The notes beneath the pieces are model-generated. The model had not been told where the DNA came from. It searched no databases and saw only the letters and a list, made by a program, of their open reading frames with translations. DNA of 64,000 nucleotides from Ignavibacteriota bacterium (lineage in GTDB: Bacteria > Bacteroidota > Ignavibacteria > UBA10030), in NCBI GenBank assembly GCA_963727825.1, contig CAVSHO010000009.1, positions 800,001-864,000 of the forward strand, written 5' to 3'. The position numbers and the translations under genes are program-made. Of the stretch, positions 29,778 to 43,269 are shown in pieces. Within the stretch, counting starts at the first letter, position 1, and each line of letters begins with the position of its first letter.

Positions 29778-31559
29778 TTATTTTTTTAGGCGTGGTAGGT
29801 CTTTTGCAAATTTAAATATTCCACCATGCGTTTTCTTTTTCGCCTCTATTTTTCGAAGTGGCTCATTGTCATCCTGCTTGTTAATAAGTATTTGTTGCCC
29901 AATTGCAAGCACATTGAATACGGTATAATATAAATTTAAGCCTGAGGGAAAACCATTAAACAATAATGTCATCATAATCGGCATCATCCATACTGTGGCT
30001 TTTTGGCGTGGATCTTTTGTTGTCATTTTTGTCTGGATAAACATCGTAACACCCATAATCAATGCAATGCCACTGATATCTTGAATGCCAATAATCGGCA
30101 TTTTGAATGGTAATCGATAAATGACATCGGGAATTGAGAGATCTTTTATCCATCCAACAAAACTTGCCTGCCGCAATTCTATTGCTCCGCGAAACACTGC
30201 ATATAGCGCATACATAATTGGCATTTGCGGTAACAGCGGTAAGCATCCACCAGCCGGATTGATGCCGTATTCTTTATATAAATTCATTATAGATTGATTC
30301 ATCTTCTGGGGATCGTCTTTGTATTTTATCTTTAACTCATCCATCAACGGCTGAAGCTTTTGCATTTTCTTCATCGACTTCATTTGACTTTTAGATAGCG
30401 GGTGCAAAGCTAGTTTGATGAGGATAGAAAAAATAATAATCACTAATCCCCAATTAGGTATTATATAATGAATTGCTATGAATATTGGTAACATGATATA
30501 TTCAGAAATAGGACGAATTAACCATGCCCATCCTAAACTCATAATATTTTCTAGCCCTTTATTGTAGGACTTTAATAGACTGTGTTGAAGTGGCCCTAAA
30601 AATATTTTGAATGTGCTTGACTCATTCGCCTCTCCCTTATAAGGCATTTTTAATGAAACATCATATGTCTCTTTTACGCCATTGTCTGGCATTGCAGAGC
30701 GATTGCCTTCTAGGTACGCACCATCACTTATGCTTGTTGTGGGGATAATTGCAACGGCAAAATATTTATTGCGTGAAGCAACCCAATCTGTAGCGCCAGA
30801 AAATTCCTTTTGTACTTTTTGATCAACTTTTGCCGCATCAATGTCTGTGAGTTCGTTTCCGGCATATGCGTATGCTGCTGCGAAACCAGATTCATCAACA
30901 CTATTTTGTTCTGCATAGCGAATGCCATGTTCCCATGCGACTTCGTATTGGTAGTTTGCAATTACCGCGCTTAAATTATGCATCTGTATTTCCGTTTCGA
31001 AACCATATTCTCCATTACGGAATTTCATTTTCTTCACAAGCTGTCCGCCATTGGAAGCGGGAAGAGTAAATGTTATTTCAAATTCAAAGTTTCCTTCTAT
31101 TCTTATATTGTTGTTAGGCGCCTGTACGTCAAAATAGAGATCTTTTGTATTGATAACTCGTCCATCGGATGTTGTTAAAAGTATAGCAAAATCTCCGTTT
31201 TGCATATAATCTACAAGTTGAACTTGGCGTCCATCCCACGCCTTAAAATTTTTAAGTTCCCATTTTTTTATTACTCCTCCCTTTGATGAAACTTCCGCTG
31301 AATATAAATCAGTTTCAATGGAAATAATTTTTTCTGTACCCTTTGCACGGTCGGAGAAATATTTTCCGTAGGGGTTGATTTCTTGTTTTTCTTTCGCTTC
31401 CGGTAGTTTCTCGGTCTTTATTTTAACCGTATCTTTCGATTGCCCTTGTTTTGTTGTTTGTTCTATCGTTCTCGTTTTCTGCACGGGCGAGTTGAGCCAC
31501 ATCCACACAACGAGCACAACGAAAATTAACACAAAACCAATCGTTGATTGTCGATCCAT
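29778..31559 (-). CDS. yidC: membrane protein insertase
   Basis: NWGLVII, NPAGGCLP, WIKDLS, PSGLNLYY motifs; ori cluster position. Confidence 0.96.
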   Translation of the reverse strand: MDRQSTIGFVLIFVVLVVWMWLNSPVQKTRTIEQTTKQGQSKDTVKIKTEKLPEAKEKQEINPYGKYFSDRAKGTEKIISIETDLYSAEVSSKGGVIKKWELKNFKAWDGRQVQLVDYMQNGDFAILLTTSDGRVINTKDLYFDVQAPNNNIRIEGNFEFEITFTLPASNGGQLVKKMKFRNGEYGFETEIQMHNLSAVIANYQYEVAWEHGIRYAEQNSVDESGFAAAYAYAGNELTDIDAAKVDQKVQKEFSGATDWVASRNKYFAVAIIPTTSISDGAYLEGNRSAMPDNGVKETYDVSLKMPYKGEANESSTFKIFLGPLQHSLLKSYNKGLENIMSLGWAWLIRPISEYIMLPIFIAIHYIIPNWGLVIIIFSILIKLALHPLSKSQMKSMKKMQKLQPLMDELKIKYKDDPQKMNQSIMNLYKEYGINPAGGCLPLLPQMPIMYALYAVFRGAIELRQASFVGWIKDLSIPDVIYRLPFKMPIIGIQDISGIALIMGVTMFIQTKMTTKDPRQKATVWMMPIMMTLLFNGFPSGLNLYYTVFNVLAIGQQILINKQDDNEPLRKIEAKKKTHGGIFKFAKDLPRLKK

Positions 31560-31592
31560 AAGAGTTTTTACCTCAGATTTACTTGTGAATAA

Positions 31593-31808
31593 TTAAGGAA
31601 CCGGGTCGTACCCACTTGATGCGCTAAGAGGATGACATCTTACAATTCTTTTAATAGCAAGCCAAAATCCACTAATAATACCATGCCTTTCAATCGCTTC
31701 AATAGAATAATGCGAGCATGAAGGATAAAAACGACAATTATTAAACGGCAGGAGCGCCGAAACGAAGCGTTGGTACATTCGAATTATTAAAATAAGTGTG
31801 TGCTTCAT
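31593..31808 (-). CDS. yidD: membrane protein insertion efficiency factor
   Basis: [20 protein letters not shown]; likely start ATG 31808. Confidence 0.94.
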   Translation of the reverse strand: MKHTLILIIRMYQRFVSALLPFNNCRFYPSCSHYSIEAIERHGIISGFWLAIKRIVRCHPLSASSGYDPVP

Positions 31809-31812
31809 ATCT

Positions 31813-32202
31813 TTATTTGGGATGAATAATATTAATTGTTGAAGAGAGTTCCACAAAGGCTTTTTTTATAGATTCAAAACGACCCTTTTTCTTTTGGCTT
31901 CCGATATTATCGATATATAGAAATACAATCTCTTGTAAATTTCTATGTTTGATATTTGCTATAAAATCTTCTTTCTTACTGCGAAACGCTTCTCTCATTA
32001 ACCTTTTTAACAGATTGCGCTGGGCTGCTTTGCGTATTTCTCTTGTCACTGCAAAGCCAACATGTAATCCTGTTTGTTTCGATAGGGATGAATACACAAA
32101 AGCTTTTATTGGCATGCTTTCATACTTCTTGCCATGAGTTATTACTCTCGTAAATGATCCAAAACCAGTAATGGTTGCTATTGATGGCTGTGAAAGAGGC
32201 AA
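31813..32202 (-). CDS. rnpA: ribonuclease P protein component
   Basis: VGFAV...[17 protein letters not shown] (RNR-like motif); lies between rpmH and yidD. Confidence 0.88.
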   Translation of the reverse strand: MPLSQPSIATITGFGSFTRVITHGKKYESMPIKAFVYSSLSKQTGLHVGFAVTREIRKAAQRNLLKRLMREAFRSKKEDFIANIKHRNLQEIVFLYIDNIGSQKKKGRFESIKKAFVELSSTINIIHPK

Positions 32203-32234
32203 GAATGCCTTGTCTTTCCGGCAGGTTTTTTCTT

Positions 32235-32381
32235 TTACTTTTCGCTGCTCACAGAAAGTTTTTTTCTTCCTGCGGCACGTCTTCGGTTAATTACCTTCCG
32301 CCCGTTTTTTGTTGCCATTCTTGTGCGAAATCCATGTGTGTTTTTTCTTTTACGCTTATGTGGCTGATATGTTCTCTTCAT
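32235..32381 (-). CDS. rpmH: 50S ribosomal protein L34
   Basis: Hand translation: [48 protein letters not shown] (48 aa, below the ORF track cutoff). Confidence 0.97.
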   Translation of the reverse strand: MKRTYQPHKRKRKNTHGFRTRMATKNGRKVINRRRAAGRKKLSVSSEK

Positions 32382-32519
32382 ATTTATAGGCTCTTTATTG
32401 TTTTTCCGTTTTTATCTTTACAAACTTACAAAAATATTGGTGTATAAACAAGAAAACGCACCGATCGAAATTTCTATTGCACCACATTGGTAATAATACT
32501 TATATTGTAAAAATTCCTC

Positions 32520-32548
32520 TTGCATGCTTGCACCATTGGTGCTATAAT
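32520..32548 (+). promoter_or_regulatory. putative sigma70 promoter of dnaA
   Basis: TTGCAT-17 bp-TATAAT; DnaA-box-like TGTTGATAA (32577) and TGTGAATAA (32698) downstream. Confidence 0.65.
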
Positions 32549-32729
32549 AGAGCCCGTTTACTAAGCAAAATATTGCTGTTGATAACTTGTTAAGAACTTG
32601 TCGCTGTTAAACATTTGTGTTTGTGTTTCTCGGCAAGGCTCTGAAACAATGTATTGGTTTTGTTTTATTTGTTCTATTTGTATCCTGTGCATATAAATGT
32701 GAATAAGTTGTTCTTTCTGTTTAGTCTAG

Positions 32730-34178
32730 ATGGAGAATGATATGTTGTTACCCGCTCAAGCTGATCATATTCCTGATGTTCAACTCCTTGCAAACCAAGT
32801 ATGGGAGCGTTGTTTAATTATTATTAAAGATCAGGTCTCTTCATTAAGTTATAAAACATGGTTTCAACCAATTGTTCCTCTTCGTCTCAATGATAAAGAT
32901 TTAACAGTTCAAGTCCCCAGTCAGTTCTTTTATGATTGGCTAGAAGAACATTACAATACGCTGATTCGAAATACTATTACGACAGTTATTGGGGAATCTG
33001 GTAAACTATATTACTTTATTGCTTCTGAAGAACCTGTATCGACCCAGCAAGCACAACCTGAACACAACGCGGTCCTTCCAATAACCGATTCTACACGTAC
33101 ACCTTTTGCACCACATGTGCCTCTTCGAACAGAAAATCTTCAATCTGTTCGGAACAATTTAAATCCACGCTATTTGTTCGATAACTTTATAAAGGGTGAT
33201 TGTAACCAACTTGCTCGCGCCGCGGCAATGGCAGTTGCAAACAATCCTGGCGGTACTTCTTTTAATCCTCTAGTTTTTTATGGGGGTACGGGTCTCGGAA
33301 AGACACATTTGATGCATGCTCTTGGAAACCATGCGTCAATTAACGGCAAAGCAAAACGAATTGCCTATATATCAAGTGAAAAATTCACGGTAGATTTTAT
33401 TGAATCAGTGCAAGGAGATAAAGTTGCTGAGTTTTCTTCTTTTTACAGAAGTATGGATTTATTGATTGTTGACGATATTCAATTTTTTGAAGGTAAGGAA
33501 AAAACACAGGATAACTTTTTTCACACATTTAACACCCTTTACCAGCTTGGTAAACAAATCGTTCTTTCTTCTGATGTTCCACCAAAAGAATTGCATGGAT
33601 TAGATGAGCGATTGATTTCTCGTTTTCAATGTGGGCTAACCGCGGATCTTCAACCGCCTGATCTCGAAACACGCATTGCTATTCTCCAGAAAAAAAGCGA
33701 AGAGAACACTTTAGAGTTGCCACCTAATATCATTGATTTTATTGCAGCAAATGTGACAAAAAATATTCGCGAACTTGAGGGATGCCTTATTAGTCTTCTT
33801 GCAAGGGCGTCCCTAGAAAATCGTGAAATTGACATAGATCTTGCAAAAGACGTATTACGTGTTGTTGTTAATGATATTCGTACACCTTTAACTATCGAGC
33901 AAATTCAAAAAACTGTTTGCGAGTATTTTGATATTCCTGTTGATCTTCTACGTGCCAAAACGCGAAAACAAGAGGTAGTTATGGCAAGGCAGATTGCAAT
34001 GTACATTGCAAAAGATATGACTAGTTCTTCACTTAAAACTATTGGCATGCACTTTGGTGGAAGAGATCACAGTACTGTCATTCATGCCTGTCAAGCTGTG
34101 GAAGAGTTCCTAAAAACCAACAATATTCATAAACAGCACATGGATCAAATACGAAGAACAATTGAATTAAATAAATAG
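32730..34178 (+). CDS. dnaA: chromosomal replication initiator
   Basis: YKTWF, GGTGLGKTHL, DDIQF, NIRELEG, GGRDHSTVIHA motifs. Confidence 0.98.
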   Translation: MENDMLLPAQADHIPDVQLLANQVWERCLIIIKDQVSSLSYKTWFQPIVPLRLNDKDLTVQVPSQFFYDWLEEHYNTLIRNTITTVIGESGKLYYFIASEEPVSTQQAQPEHNAVLPITDSTRTPFAPHVPLRTENLQSVRNNLNPRYLFDNFIKGDCNQLARAAAMAVANNPGGTSFNPLVFYGGTGLGKTHLMHALGNHASINGKAKRIAYISSEKFTVDFIESVQGDKVAEFSSFYRSMDLLIVDDIQFFEGKEKTQDNFFHTFNTLYQLGKQIVLSSDVPPKELHGLDERLISRFQCGLTADLQPPDLETRIAILQKKSEENTLELPPNIIDFIAANVTKNIRELEGCLISLLARASLENREIDIDLAKDVLRVVVNDIRTPLTIEQIQKTVCEYFDIPVDLLRAKTRKQEVVMARQIAMYIAKDMTSSSLKTIGMHFGGRDHSTVIHACQAVEEFLKTNNIHKQHMDQIRRTIELNK

Positions 34179-34523
34179 TCCTTGGAAATATATCTTTATA
34201 TGCTTTGTTAATAATGTGTTTGTTATTGTTTTAACGTTGTGTATAAAAAAATTTTATAATACGTTTTCGTATTTATAAAACTAAATTGTTAATAAAATAG
34301 TTCTTTTAGACATTATATTAACAAAAATTTTTATTGCTATTATATTATATATATTTTGTTTTAGAAATATTTTCTTATTTATAAACACTATTCACAACAT
34401 TATTATAAATATTATTCTCTCTTTTAATATCTATTAATTATTATATGTCTATTATTGTGTATTGCATAAATAATTGGTAAATTCACACAAATAAGTAGAT
34501 AATGTAATATAGGGGTTTTTGTA
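34179..34523. other. probable oriC
   Basis: Very AT-rich dnaA-dnaN spacer with DnaA-box-like 9-mers TGTTAATAA (34206, 34287), TGTGTATAA (34238), TTATAAACA (34379), CTATTCACA (34388); gene orientation diverges around dnaA. Confidence 0.8.
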
Positions 34524-35639
34524 ATGAAATTTACAATTGAAAGTAGCGAACTCCAAAAAGCACTGATGAAAATCAGTGGTGTTGTTCCATCTAAATCAAC
34601 ACTTCCAATATTAGAGAATATTCTTTTCTCTCTCACAAAAAACTCTCTTAGACTTGTTGCTACTGATTTGGAAATTTCTATGTCGGCAACACTAGATGTA
34701 AAGGGAAATGAAGACGGGTCAATTGCTGTACCAGCAAAAAGGGTTATAGATACTTTAAGAGCTTTACCAGAAACACAGTTTATTTTTCATGCAGATACTA
34801 CAACAAACAAAATCCAGATGATTACTGATAATGGAGAGTATGATCTAATCGGTGAAACAAGCCAAGATTATCCAGCTGTTCCGGAGTTTAAGGGTGAAAG
34901 TGAAATTGTATTTGAAGGGTCATTAATTGGATCAATGATTTCAAAAACTATTTTCTCTGTAAGTACAGATGAATTGCGCCCTTCAATGACCGGATTGCTT
35001 CTTCAATTTAAAAACACAGAAATGTGTGCAGTAGCAACTGACGGTCATCGTTTAGTACGAGTTATATATTCAAACATCAATCAAGCAAAACCGCATAAAG
35101 ATATTATTATACCTGCAAAAGCCCTTATGTTAGTATCGAAAGCTATTGAAAGCGGCTCTAATACTCTTTCTGTTAATACTACACATATTAAGTTTTCATT
35201 TAAAAACTTTACACTTACTTCACGATTAATTGAAGAAAATTATCCTAATTATGAAAGTGTAATACCACTTGACAATGATAAAAAGTTATCTGTTGATAGA
35301 AATGTATTGTTAGCCTCAGTAAGAAGAGTCTCTCTTTATTCAAGCAATACAACACATCAAGTTCGATTTTCTATGAAAAAAAACGAACTAAAAGTTACCG
35401 CAGAAGATATTGATTTTGGTGGCGAAGCACAGGAACGTATCACATGCGGGTACAGCTCAGATGATTTAGAAATCGGTTTTAATGCGAGCTATCTTATTGA
35501 TATTCTTTCTCATATTGATTCAGATGAAGTTGTGTTTAGTTTCAGCAGTTCTGTAAAAGCTGCAATCATTACTCCGGCAACCATAAAAGAAAATGAAAAT
35601 GTCTTAATGTTGGTTATGCCAATGCGACTCAATGTCTAG
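34524..35639 (+). CDS. dnaN: DNA polymerase III beta sliding clamp
   Basis: ATDLE, ATDGHRL, YPNY, IGFN, VMPMR motifs. Confidence 0.97.
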   Translation: MKFTIESSELQKALMKISGVVPSKSTLPILENILFSLTKNSLRLVATDLEISMSATLDVKGNEDGSIAVPAKRVIDTLRALPETQFIFHADTTTNKIQMITDNGEYDLIGETSQDYPAVPEFKGESEIVFEGSLIGSMISKTIFSVSTDELRPSMTGLLLQFKNTEMCAVATDGHRLVRVIYSNINQAKPHKDIIIPAKALMLVSKAIESGSNTLSVNTTHIKFSFKNFTLTSRLIEENYPNYESVIPLDNDKKLSVDRNVLLASVRRVSLYSSNTTHQVRFSMKKNELKVTAEDIDFGGEAQERITCGYSSDDLEIGFNASYLIDILSHIDSDEVVFSFSSSVKAAIITPATIKENENVLMLVMPMRLNV

Positions 35640-35670
35640 TCAGACATTTAAAGATTCTGGTGTTGTTTTG

Positions 35671-35702
35671 ATAGCCCCATTCTGAAGAAGATTTGGGGCT
35701 AT
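35671..35702 (+). terminator. hairpin between dnaN and recF
   Basis: ATAGCCCCA...TGGGGCTAT stem with weak U tract. Confidence 0.45.
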
Positions 35703-35728
35703 CGTGTTGTAAGTAAGGTAATCTTGGA

Positions 35729-36877
35729 TTGAAATTACAGCATTTGGTACTTGAAACATTTCGTAATCATGAGAAAACCATTGTTGATTGTTCCTCGGGT
35801 GTGAATGTTTTTTTAGGAAACAATGGCGAGGGAAAAACAAATATATTAGAAGGTATATCATATCTTTGCCTTTCAAAAAGTTTTTTTGCGGTAAGCGACA
35901 CAGTAGTAACGAATTTTAATAATAATGCATTTACTGCAACAGGAAGCTTTGTTTCCGAGGGCAATATATTTTATGAAGTAAGGGTGACTTTTGATAAAAT
36001 TCAAAATCAAAAAAAAATCACGGTGAACAAAACAAAAATTGATAAAGCGTCATATCTTGTAGGTAAGTTTCCCGTAGTAATTCTTTCACCCGATCAAAGT
36101 TCTATCACAATCGGATCTCCATCGGCCCGAAGACGGTTTGTGGATTTTGTCATCTCCCAATCGAGCAGAACATACTTAGAATGCCTTATTGATTACAGGA
36201 AAATATTAAAGCAGCGAAACAAAATATTATCTGGTATGCTATTCACGCATAAAGAAAACAATGTGGCTATTGAGCCATGGAACGAAAATCTTGTTAGCGT
36301 TGGTACGGTTCTTATAAGGAAACGCATAGAATTTATTGAAGATTTCCAAAAACTTGTGATTGATTCATATTCAACTCTTACTGGAAAAGCAGAGCAGCCG
36401 GGGATTTCATATATGCCTTCATTTGAAAGTCCTGCTAGCGATATAGAAACGATCAAAAAATTTTTCTATCAAGCACTTCAAGATAACTATCAAGAGGAAC
36501 GTCGAATCGGATATTCACTTGTTGGACCGCATAGAGATGAATTTATTATTAAGATTGACAAACTTGATGCAAGGAACTTTGCATCACAAGGACAGCACAA
36601 AACAATTTTAGTTGCACTAAAACTGGCAGAATTTTTTTACTTAAAGGAAAGGTGTAATGAGACGCCTATTTTACTACTGGACGATGTTCTTAGTGAAATG
36701 GATGGAAGACGATCTCAGCGACTATTAGAAACGATTGCCGAACTTGGTCAAGTATTTGTTACGTCAACCGATGAACGAGTACTCAATTGGATGCCGGTTA
36801 TTTCTTCTAAGCCAAGAAAGTTCTTTGTAAGACAGGGTAAGATTGATCGTGTCGAAGATGCCACATACACCAGTTAA
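35729..36877 (+). CDS. recF: DNA replication/repair protein RecF
   Basis: FRN, GNNGEGKTN, GPHRD, SQGQ, LLLDD motifs. Confidence 0.96.
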   Translation: MKLQHLVLETFRNHEKTIVDCSSGVNVFLGNNGEGKTNILEGISYLCLSKSFFAVSDTVVTNFNNNAFTATGSFVSEGNIFYEVRVTFDKIQNQKKITVNKTKIDKASYLVGKFPVVILSPDQSSITIGSPSARRRFVDFVISQSSRTYLECLIDYRKILKQRNKILSGMLFTHKENNVAIEPWNENLVSVGTVLIRKRIEFIEDFQKLVIDSYSTLTGKAEQPGISYMPSFESPASDIETIKKFFYQALQDNYQEERRIGYSLVGPHRDEFIIKIDKLDARNFASQGQHKTILVALKLAEFFYLKERCNETPILLLDDVLSEMDGRRSQRLLETIAELGQVFVTSTDERVLNWMPVISSKPRKFFVRQGKIDRVEDATYTS

Positions 36878-37148
36878 AACCATTGGTTCTGCAATAGACG
36901 AACTTGTTAATGGCTTAGGGATTAAGAAAAAGCTTGAAGAATACAATGCTGTTGTTTATTGGGAAAAGGTAGTGGGGGAGCGGATTGCACAAATGACAAC
37001 GGCAACGCATATTCTGCAAGGTGTTTTATTTGTACATGTAAAAACAAGCACATGGAGAAATGAACTAACACTCCGAAAAAAAGAAATTATAGATAAACTT
37101 AACAATATAATTGGAATTAATATAGTCAAAGATATTAAGTTTCAATGA
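36858..37148 (+). CDS. DUF721 (DciA-like) protein
   Basis: WEKVVGERIA...WRNEL; conserved recF-DUF721-gyrB position. Confidence 0.88.
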   Translation: MPHTPVKTIGSAIDELVNGLGIKKKLEEYNAVVYWEKVVGERIAQMTTATHILQGVLFVHVKTSTWRNELTLRKKEIIDKLNNIIGINIVKDIKFQ

Positions 37149-37162
37149 ACAAAAGACAGTAA

Positions 37163-39226
<2,064 letters not shown>

Positions 39227-39265
39227 TATTAAAAAGATAAAATCGAAAAAGAGAAATATAACAAC

Positions 39266-41890
39266 ATGGCAACAATAAGCGAAAAAATAGTTCCGGTTGA
39301 TATTGAAGACGAAATGAGAGGATCTTACATCGATTATTCGATGTCGGTTATTGTGTCACGAGCGTTACCAGATGTACGTGACGGTTTAAAACCAGTTCAC
39401 CGGCGAGTCTTGTTCGGTATGCAAGGACTTGGATTGGCAAGCAATCGTGCGTATAAAAAAAGCGCACGTATTGTTGGCGAGGTTCTCGGTAAATACCATC
39501 CGCATGGAGATTCTGCAGTGTACGAAACAATGGTACGTATGGCGCAGGATTTTTCTATGCGCTATATGCTTGTAGATGGTCAAGGAAACTTTGGCTCGGT
39601 GGATGGTGATTCACCTGCAGCAATGCGTTATACAGAAGCACGCCTTACGAAAATTAGTGAAGAAATGCTAAGAGATCTGGAAAAGAATACAGTTAACTTT
39701 GCACCGAATTTTGATGATACGCTACAAGAGCCAACAGTAATGCCATCGCTTATTCCCAACCTCTTATGTAATGGAGCCAGTGGAATTGCGGTTGGCATGG
39801 CAACCAATATCCCACCGCATAATTTGCGGGAAGTGATTGACGGTTGCATCGCCTATATTAAAGATTCAAATATCGGTAATGAGAAACTTATGAAGCACAT
39901 TCTTGCTCCAGATTTTCCAACCGGTGGAATTATTTATGGTTATGGAGGCGTAAAAGAAGCATACACCACAGGACGAGGCAAAGTTATTGTCCGCGCTCGA
40001 GCCAGCATTGAAACAGGCAAAGGTGAACGTCAGCGAATTATAATCACAGAGTTGCCGTATCAAGTGAACAAGGCGTCGCTTATTGTAAAGATTGCAGAAC
40101 TCGTAACAGAAAAGAAATTGGAAGACATTTCAGATGTCAGAGATGAATCTGATCGTGATGGATTGCGTATTGTTGTTGATCTGAAACGTGAGGCGAATGC
40201 CGAAGTCGTACTAAACAATCTTTACAAACATACACCGATGCAGACAACATTTGGTGTTATTATGCTGGCACTGGTGGATGGTCGTCCAAAAGTGCTTCAA
40301 TTGCAGGAGTTCATTCAGCATTTCATTGAACATAGAAATGAAATTATAGTGCGGCGCACAAAGTTCGATTTGGATGAAGCTGAAAAACGTGCGCATATTC
40401 TTGAAGGTTATATCATTGCGCTCGACAATATAGATGCAGTGATTGCACTTATCAAGAAGTCGAAAGATGTTGAAAGCGCTAAGCAAGGTCTGATGAAAAA
40501 ATTTAAACTGTCTGAGATTCAAGCAAAAGCAATTCTCGACATGCGTCTACAGCGATTAACAGGTCTTGAACGTAAAAAAGTAGAAGAGGAATATCGCGAG
40601 ACAATAAAACTCATCGAAAGATTGAAATCAATCTTGAAAAACAAACAGCTCCAAATGAAGATTATAGAAGAAGAGCTGGTTGAGATGAAAGAAAAATATG
40701 GCGACGATCGCAGGACAGAGATTATTTATAAAGCAGAAGAATTTAGCATTGAGGACATGATTGCCGAAGAAGAAGTTGTGGTGACGATCAGCCACAGTGG
40801 CTTCATTAAAAGATTCCCAGTCTCGGGTTATCGGAGGCAAACGAGGGGCGGCAAGGGTGTTACTGGGGCGGCTACACGCGAAGATGATTTTGTTACTCAT
40901 ATGTTTATTGCAAGCACGCATGATTATGTGCTTATCTTCACCGATAAAGGACGTTGTCATTGGCTGAAAGTGTTTGAAATTCCGGAAGGCGGCAGAACCG
41001 CAAAGGGGAAATCAATTAGCAATCTTATAGACAAAGACCCGAATGAAAAAATTGCATCGTTCATAGCGGTTAAGGAATTTGACGATAAACATTTTGTTTT
41101 CATGTTCACAGAGCAAGGATTGGTAAAAAAAGTTGTTCTGTCGGAATTCAGTAATCCACGCCGCAACGGTATTGTAGCTGCGAACTTAAAAAAGGGCGAT
41201 CAACTAACCGATGTAAAACTAACCGATGCAACGCAGGACATTGTAATTGGAACGCATAACGGACTTGCTATTCGTTTCCACGAAGACGAAATTCGTCCTA
41301 TGGGCCGTTCGGCAGCGGGTGTGCGAGGTATTCGGCTTAGCAAAGGAGACAAGGTTGTCGGAGCGGTAAATCTGCGGCGCAAAGGCACAACGATTCTTGT
41401 TGCAACACAGAAAGGTTTCGGTAAGCGTAGCGAAGAAGACGAATACCGCACAAGTCATCGCGGTGGTAAGGGAATCTTTACTGTAAAGGTATCTGAAAAA
41501 ACAGGTAAAATGGTGGCAATTAAAGAAGTAATAGATACAGATGATATTGTAATAGTTACGAGTGATGGTATGATTATTCGACAGCATGCAGAAGATATTC
41601 GTGTAGCAGGGAGAAACACACAGGGCGTGCATCTTATCCGGCTGAACGAAGGTGATTCAATTGCTGACGTTGCCGTTGTTGTTGCCGAGGAAGAAGAAGA
41701 AAAACAGCTGGCCGAGAAAGAGAAAAATGGCGCTAATAGTAAGCCTACGTCGGAGAAACCGCCACTCAACAACCCAAATGAGTTGAATCAAGAAAACATC
41801 TTAACAACGAAAGAAAAGAAAAACCTTATTTTGCCCAAAAAGACAATTAAGAAAACATCTGATAAGAAGAAAAGACAGACACCAGATTAG
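39266..41890 (+). CDS. gyrA: DNA gyrase subunit A
   Basis: [15 protein letters not shown] catalytic Tyr, GyrA-box QTRGGKG. Confidence 0.98.
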   Translation: MATISEKIVPVDIEDEMRGSYIDYSMSVIVSRALPDVRDGLKPVHRRVLFGMQGLGLASNRAYKKSARIVGEVLGKYHPHGDSAVYETMVRMAQDFSMRYMLVDGQGNFGSVDGDSPAAMRYTEARLTKISEEMLRDLEKNTVNFAPNFDDTLQEPTVMPSLIPNLLCNGASGIAVGMATNIPPHNLREVIDGCIAYIKDSNIGNEKLMKHILAPDFPTGGIIYGYGGVKEAYTTGRGKVIVRARASIETGKGERQRIIITELPYQVNKASLIVKIAELVTEKKLEDISDVRDESDRDGLRIVVDLKREANAEVVLNNLYKHTPMQTTFGVIMLALVDGRPKVLQLQEFIQHFIEHRNEIIVRRTKFDLDEAEKRAHILEGYIIALDNIDAVIALIKKSKDVESAKQGLMKKFKLSEIQAKAILDMRLQRLTGLERKKVEEEYRETIKLIERLKSILKNKQLQMKIIEEELVEMKEKYGDDRRTEIIYKAEEFSIEDMIAEEEVVVTISHSGFIKRFPVSGYRRQTRGGKGVTGAATREDDFVTHMFIASTHDYVLIFTDKGRCHWLKVFEIPEGGRTAKGKSISNLIDKDPNEKIASFIAVKEFDDKHFVFMFTEQGLVKKVVLSEFSNPRRNGIVAANLKKGDQLTDVKLTDATQDIVIGTHNGLAIRFHEDEIRPMGRSAAGVRGIRLSKGDKVVGAVNLRRKGTTILVATQKGFGKRSEEDEYRTSHRGGKGIFTVKVSEKTGKMVAIKEVIDTDDIVIVTSDGMIIRQHAEDIRVAGRNTQGVHLIRLNEGDSIADVAVVVAEEEEEKQLAEKEKNGANSKPTSEKPPLNNPNELNQENILTTKEKKNLILPKKTIKKTSDKKKRQTPD

Positions 41891-42151
41891 AAACGCTAAG
41901 TGGAAAATACCATGAAATAAAACATTTTTTAATTTTCCAGCACGAGATCTTTAAAGCATTTAGCCGTACTTATTAAAGTTTATTTATAATAGGGAAGAAA
42001 ATTTGTAAATGGCTATCCTTAATTCTGAAAACGGATAAAAAATCTAATTCAATTTTTATTGAATTTTCTTTCTACCGTTTGCGCATTTATAGCAGGAAAA
42101 AATTGTTGTATAATAAATTATGGAAAAAATGTGTTTTTGAATTGAGCAGAA

Positions 42152-42595
42152 ATGAAAATCAGAAAAAAAATACAATATTGGCTACCAGTTTTTCTATGGG
42201 TAGGTTTTATTTTTTGGATGTCGACAGGTATGTTTTCAGCACAAAACACATACTTATTTATCGAGCCGCTATTGCGTTTTTTTGTGCACTCAATTTCTCA
42301 TAAAGAAATCGTTGTTGTTCATATATTTATACGGAAGATTGCGCACATAACTGAATATTTTATCTCAGGCCTTTTAATATTTCGCGCTTTTAAAGATGGT
42401 TCTGATAAAAGACGGGAATGGTTTTGGGCGGCTTCCTCGCTATTGGTCGTAGTGATTATTGCGGCAGGCGATGAAATACACCAATCATTTGTTCCCGCTA
42501 GAACGGCTGCATTAATCGATGTTGGTATAGATATAATGGGAGGACTTCTTGCTCAGGGCGTAAGTGTGCTAATGTTCCGACGGCAACAACAGTAA
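42152..42595 (+). CDS. VanZ family membrane protein
   Basis: RKIAHITEY, DEIHQSFVPAR, DVGID motifs. Confidence 0.9.
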   Translation: MKIRKKIQYWLPVFLWVGFIFWMSTGMFSAQNTYLFIEPLLRFFVHSISHKEIVVVHIFIRKIAHITEYFISGLLIFRAFKDGSDKRREWFWAASSLLVVVIIAAGDEIHQSFVPARTAALIDVGIDIMGGLLAQGVSVLMFRRQQQ

Positions 42596-43005
42596 AATAT
42601 AATATAGTTTGTTTTTTAATTAATAATTGTGTTCAGGAAAAGGAATTAATAAGGAGTGAAAAAGGAGAACTAAAAAACTTCAATAAAGCTTTTCAAATCA
42701 AACAAGAAGCACTTATTACAAGTTAAGTATTATTATCTGCCCCGCTATAGAAAAAAGTTAACCAACATCAACTCAGATAAAAATAATCAGTTGCCAAAGG
42801 TTAATATAAAACTCGATATCGCTATATCTTGCCTTCTTATCTAAATCGATGTTGGCTGTTTTTAATAGTTAGTATTTCTGAATTGTATTTCCCTTTCTGT
42901 AATGGTTATTGGAATTTGTTAATTTAGCAGAACCACTCTTTGCATTTAATGTCACCCGGCAATTTCCGATTGTCAATATTTGAAACATTATTGTTAGAAG
43001 TAATC

Positions 43006-43143
43006 CTAAATAAAGATATCATCCATCGAAAGTGAATCGGCAAATTGTTTATTGCCGTTATTATATCTTTCGGGCGAAAAGCGCTTTCTACGAAAAAGGA
43101 AACTTAGGGTAGCTATTAAATAAAACAGATATCTACGAATCAT
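43006..43143 (-). CDS. small hypothetical protein or decayed secreted-protein gene (45 aa)
   Basis: MIRRYLFYLIATLSFLFRRKRFSPERYNNGNKQFADSLSMDDIFI; CAGGGG upstream; lies after the sigma54-like promoter. Confidence 0.35.
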   Translation of the reverse strand: MIRRYLFYLIATLSFLFRRKRFSPERYNNGNKQFADSLSMDDIFI

Positions 43144-43202
43144 AATTTGCCCCTGCAAGAACATTCCAAATATTACGCACTTACCCCTTTCTATTTAGAT
43201 AA

Positions 43203-43218
43203 GTCAATCTATGTGCCA
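43203..43218 (-). promoter_or_regulatory. putative sigma54 (-24/-12) promoter
   Basis: TGGCAC-ATAGA-TTGAC versus consensus TGGCAC-N5-TTGC (one mismatch at -12). Confidence 0.5.
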
Positions 43219-43269
43219 GGTATTTTTTTAGGAAAATGGTCAAAAATCAAAGGTTGGGCTAAAAACAAA

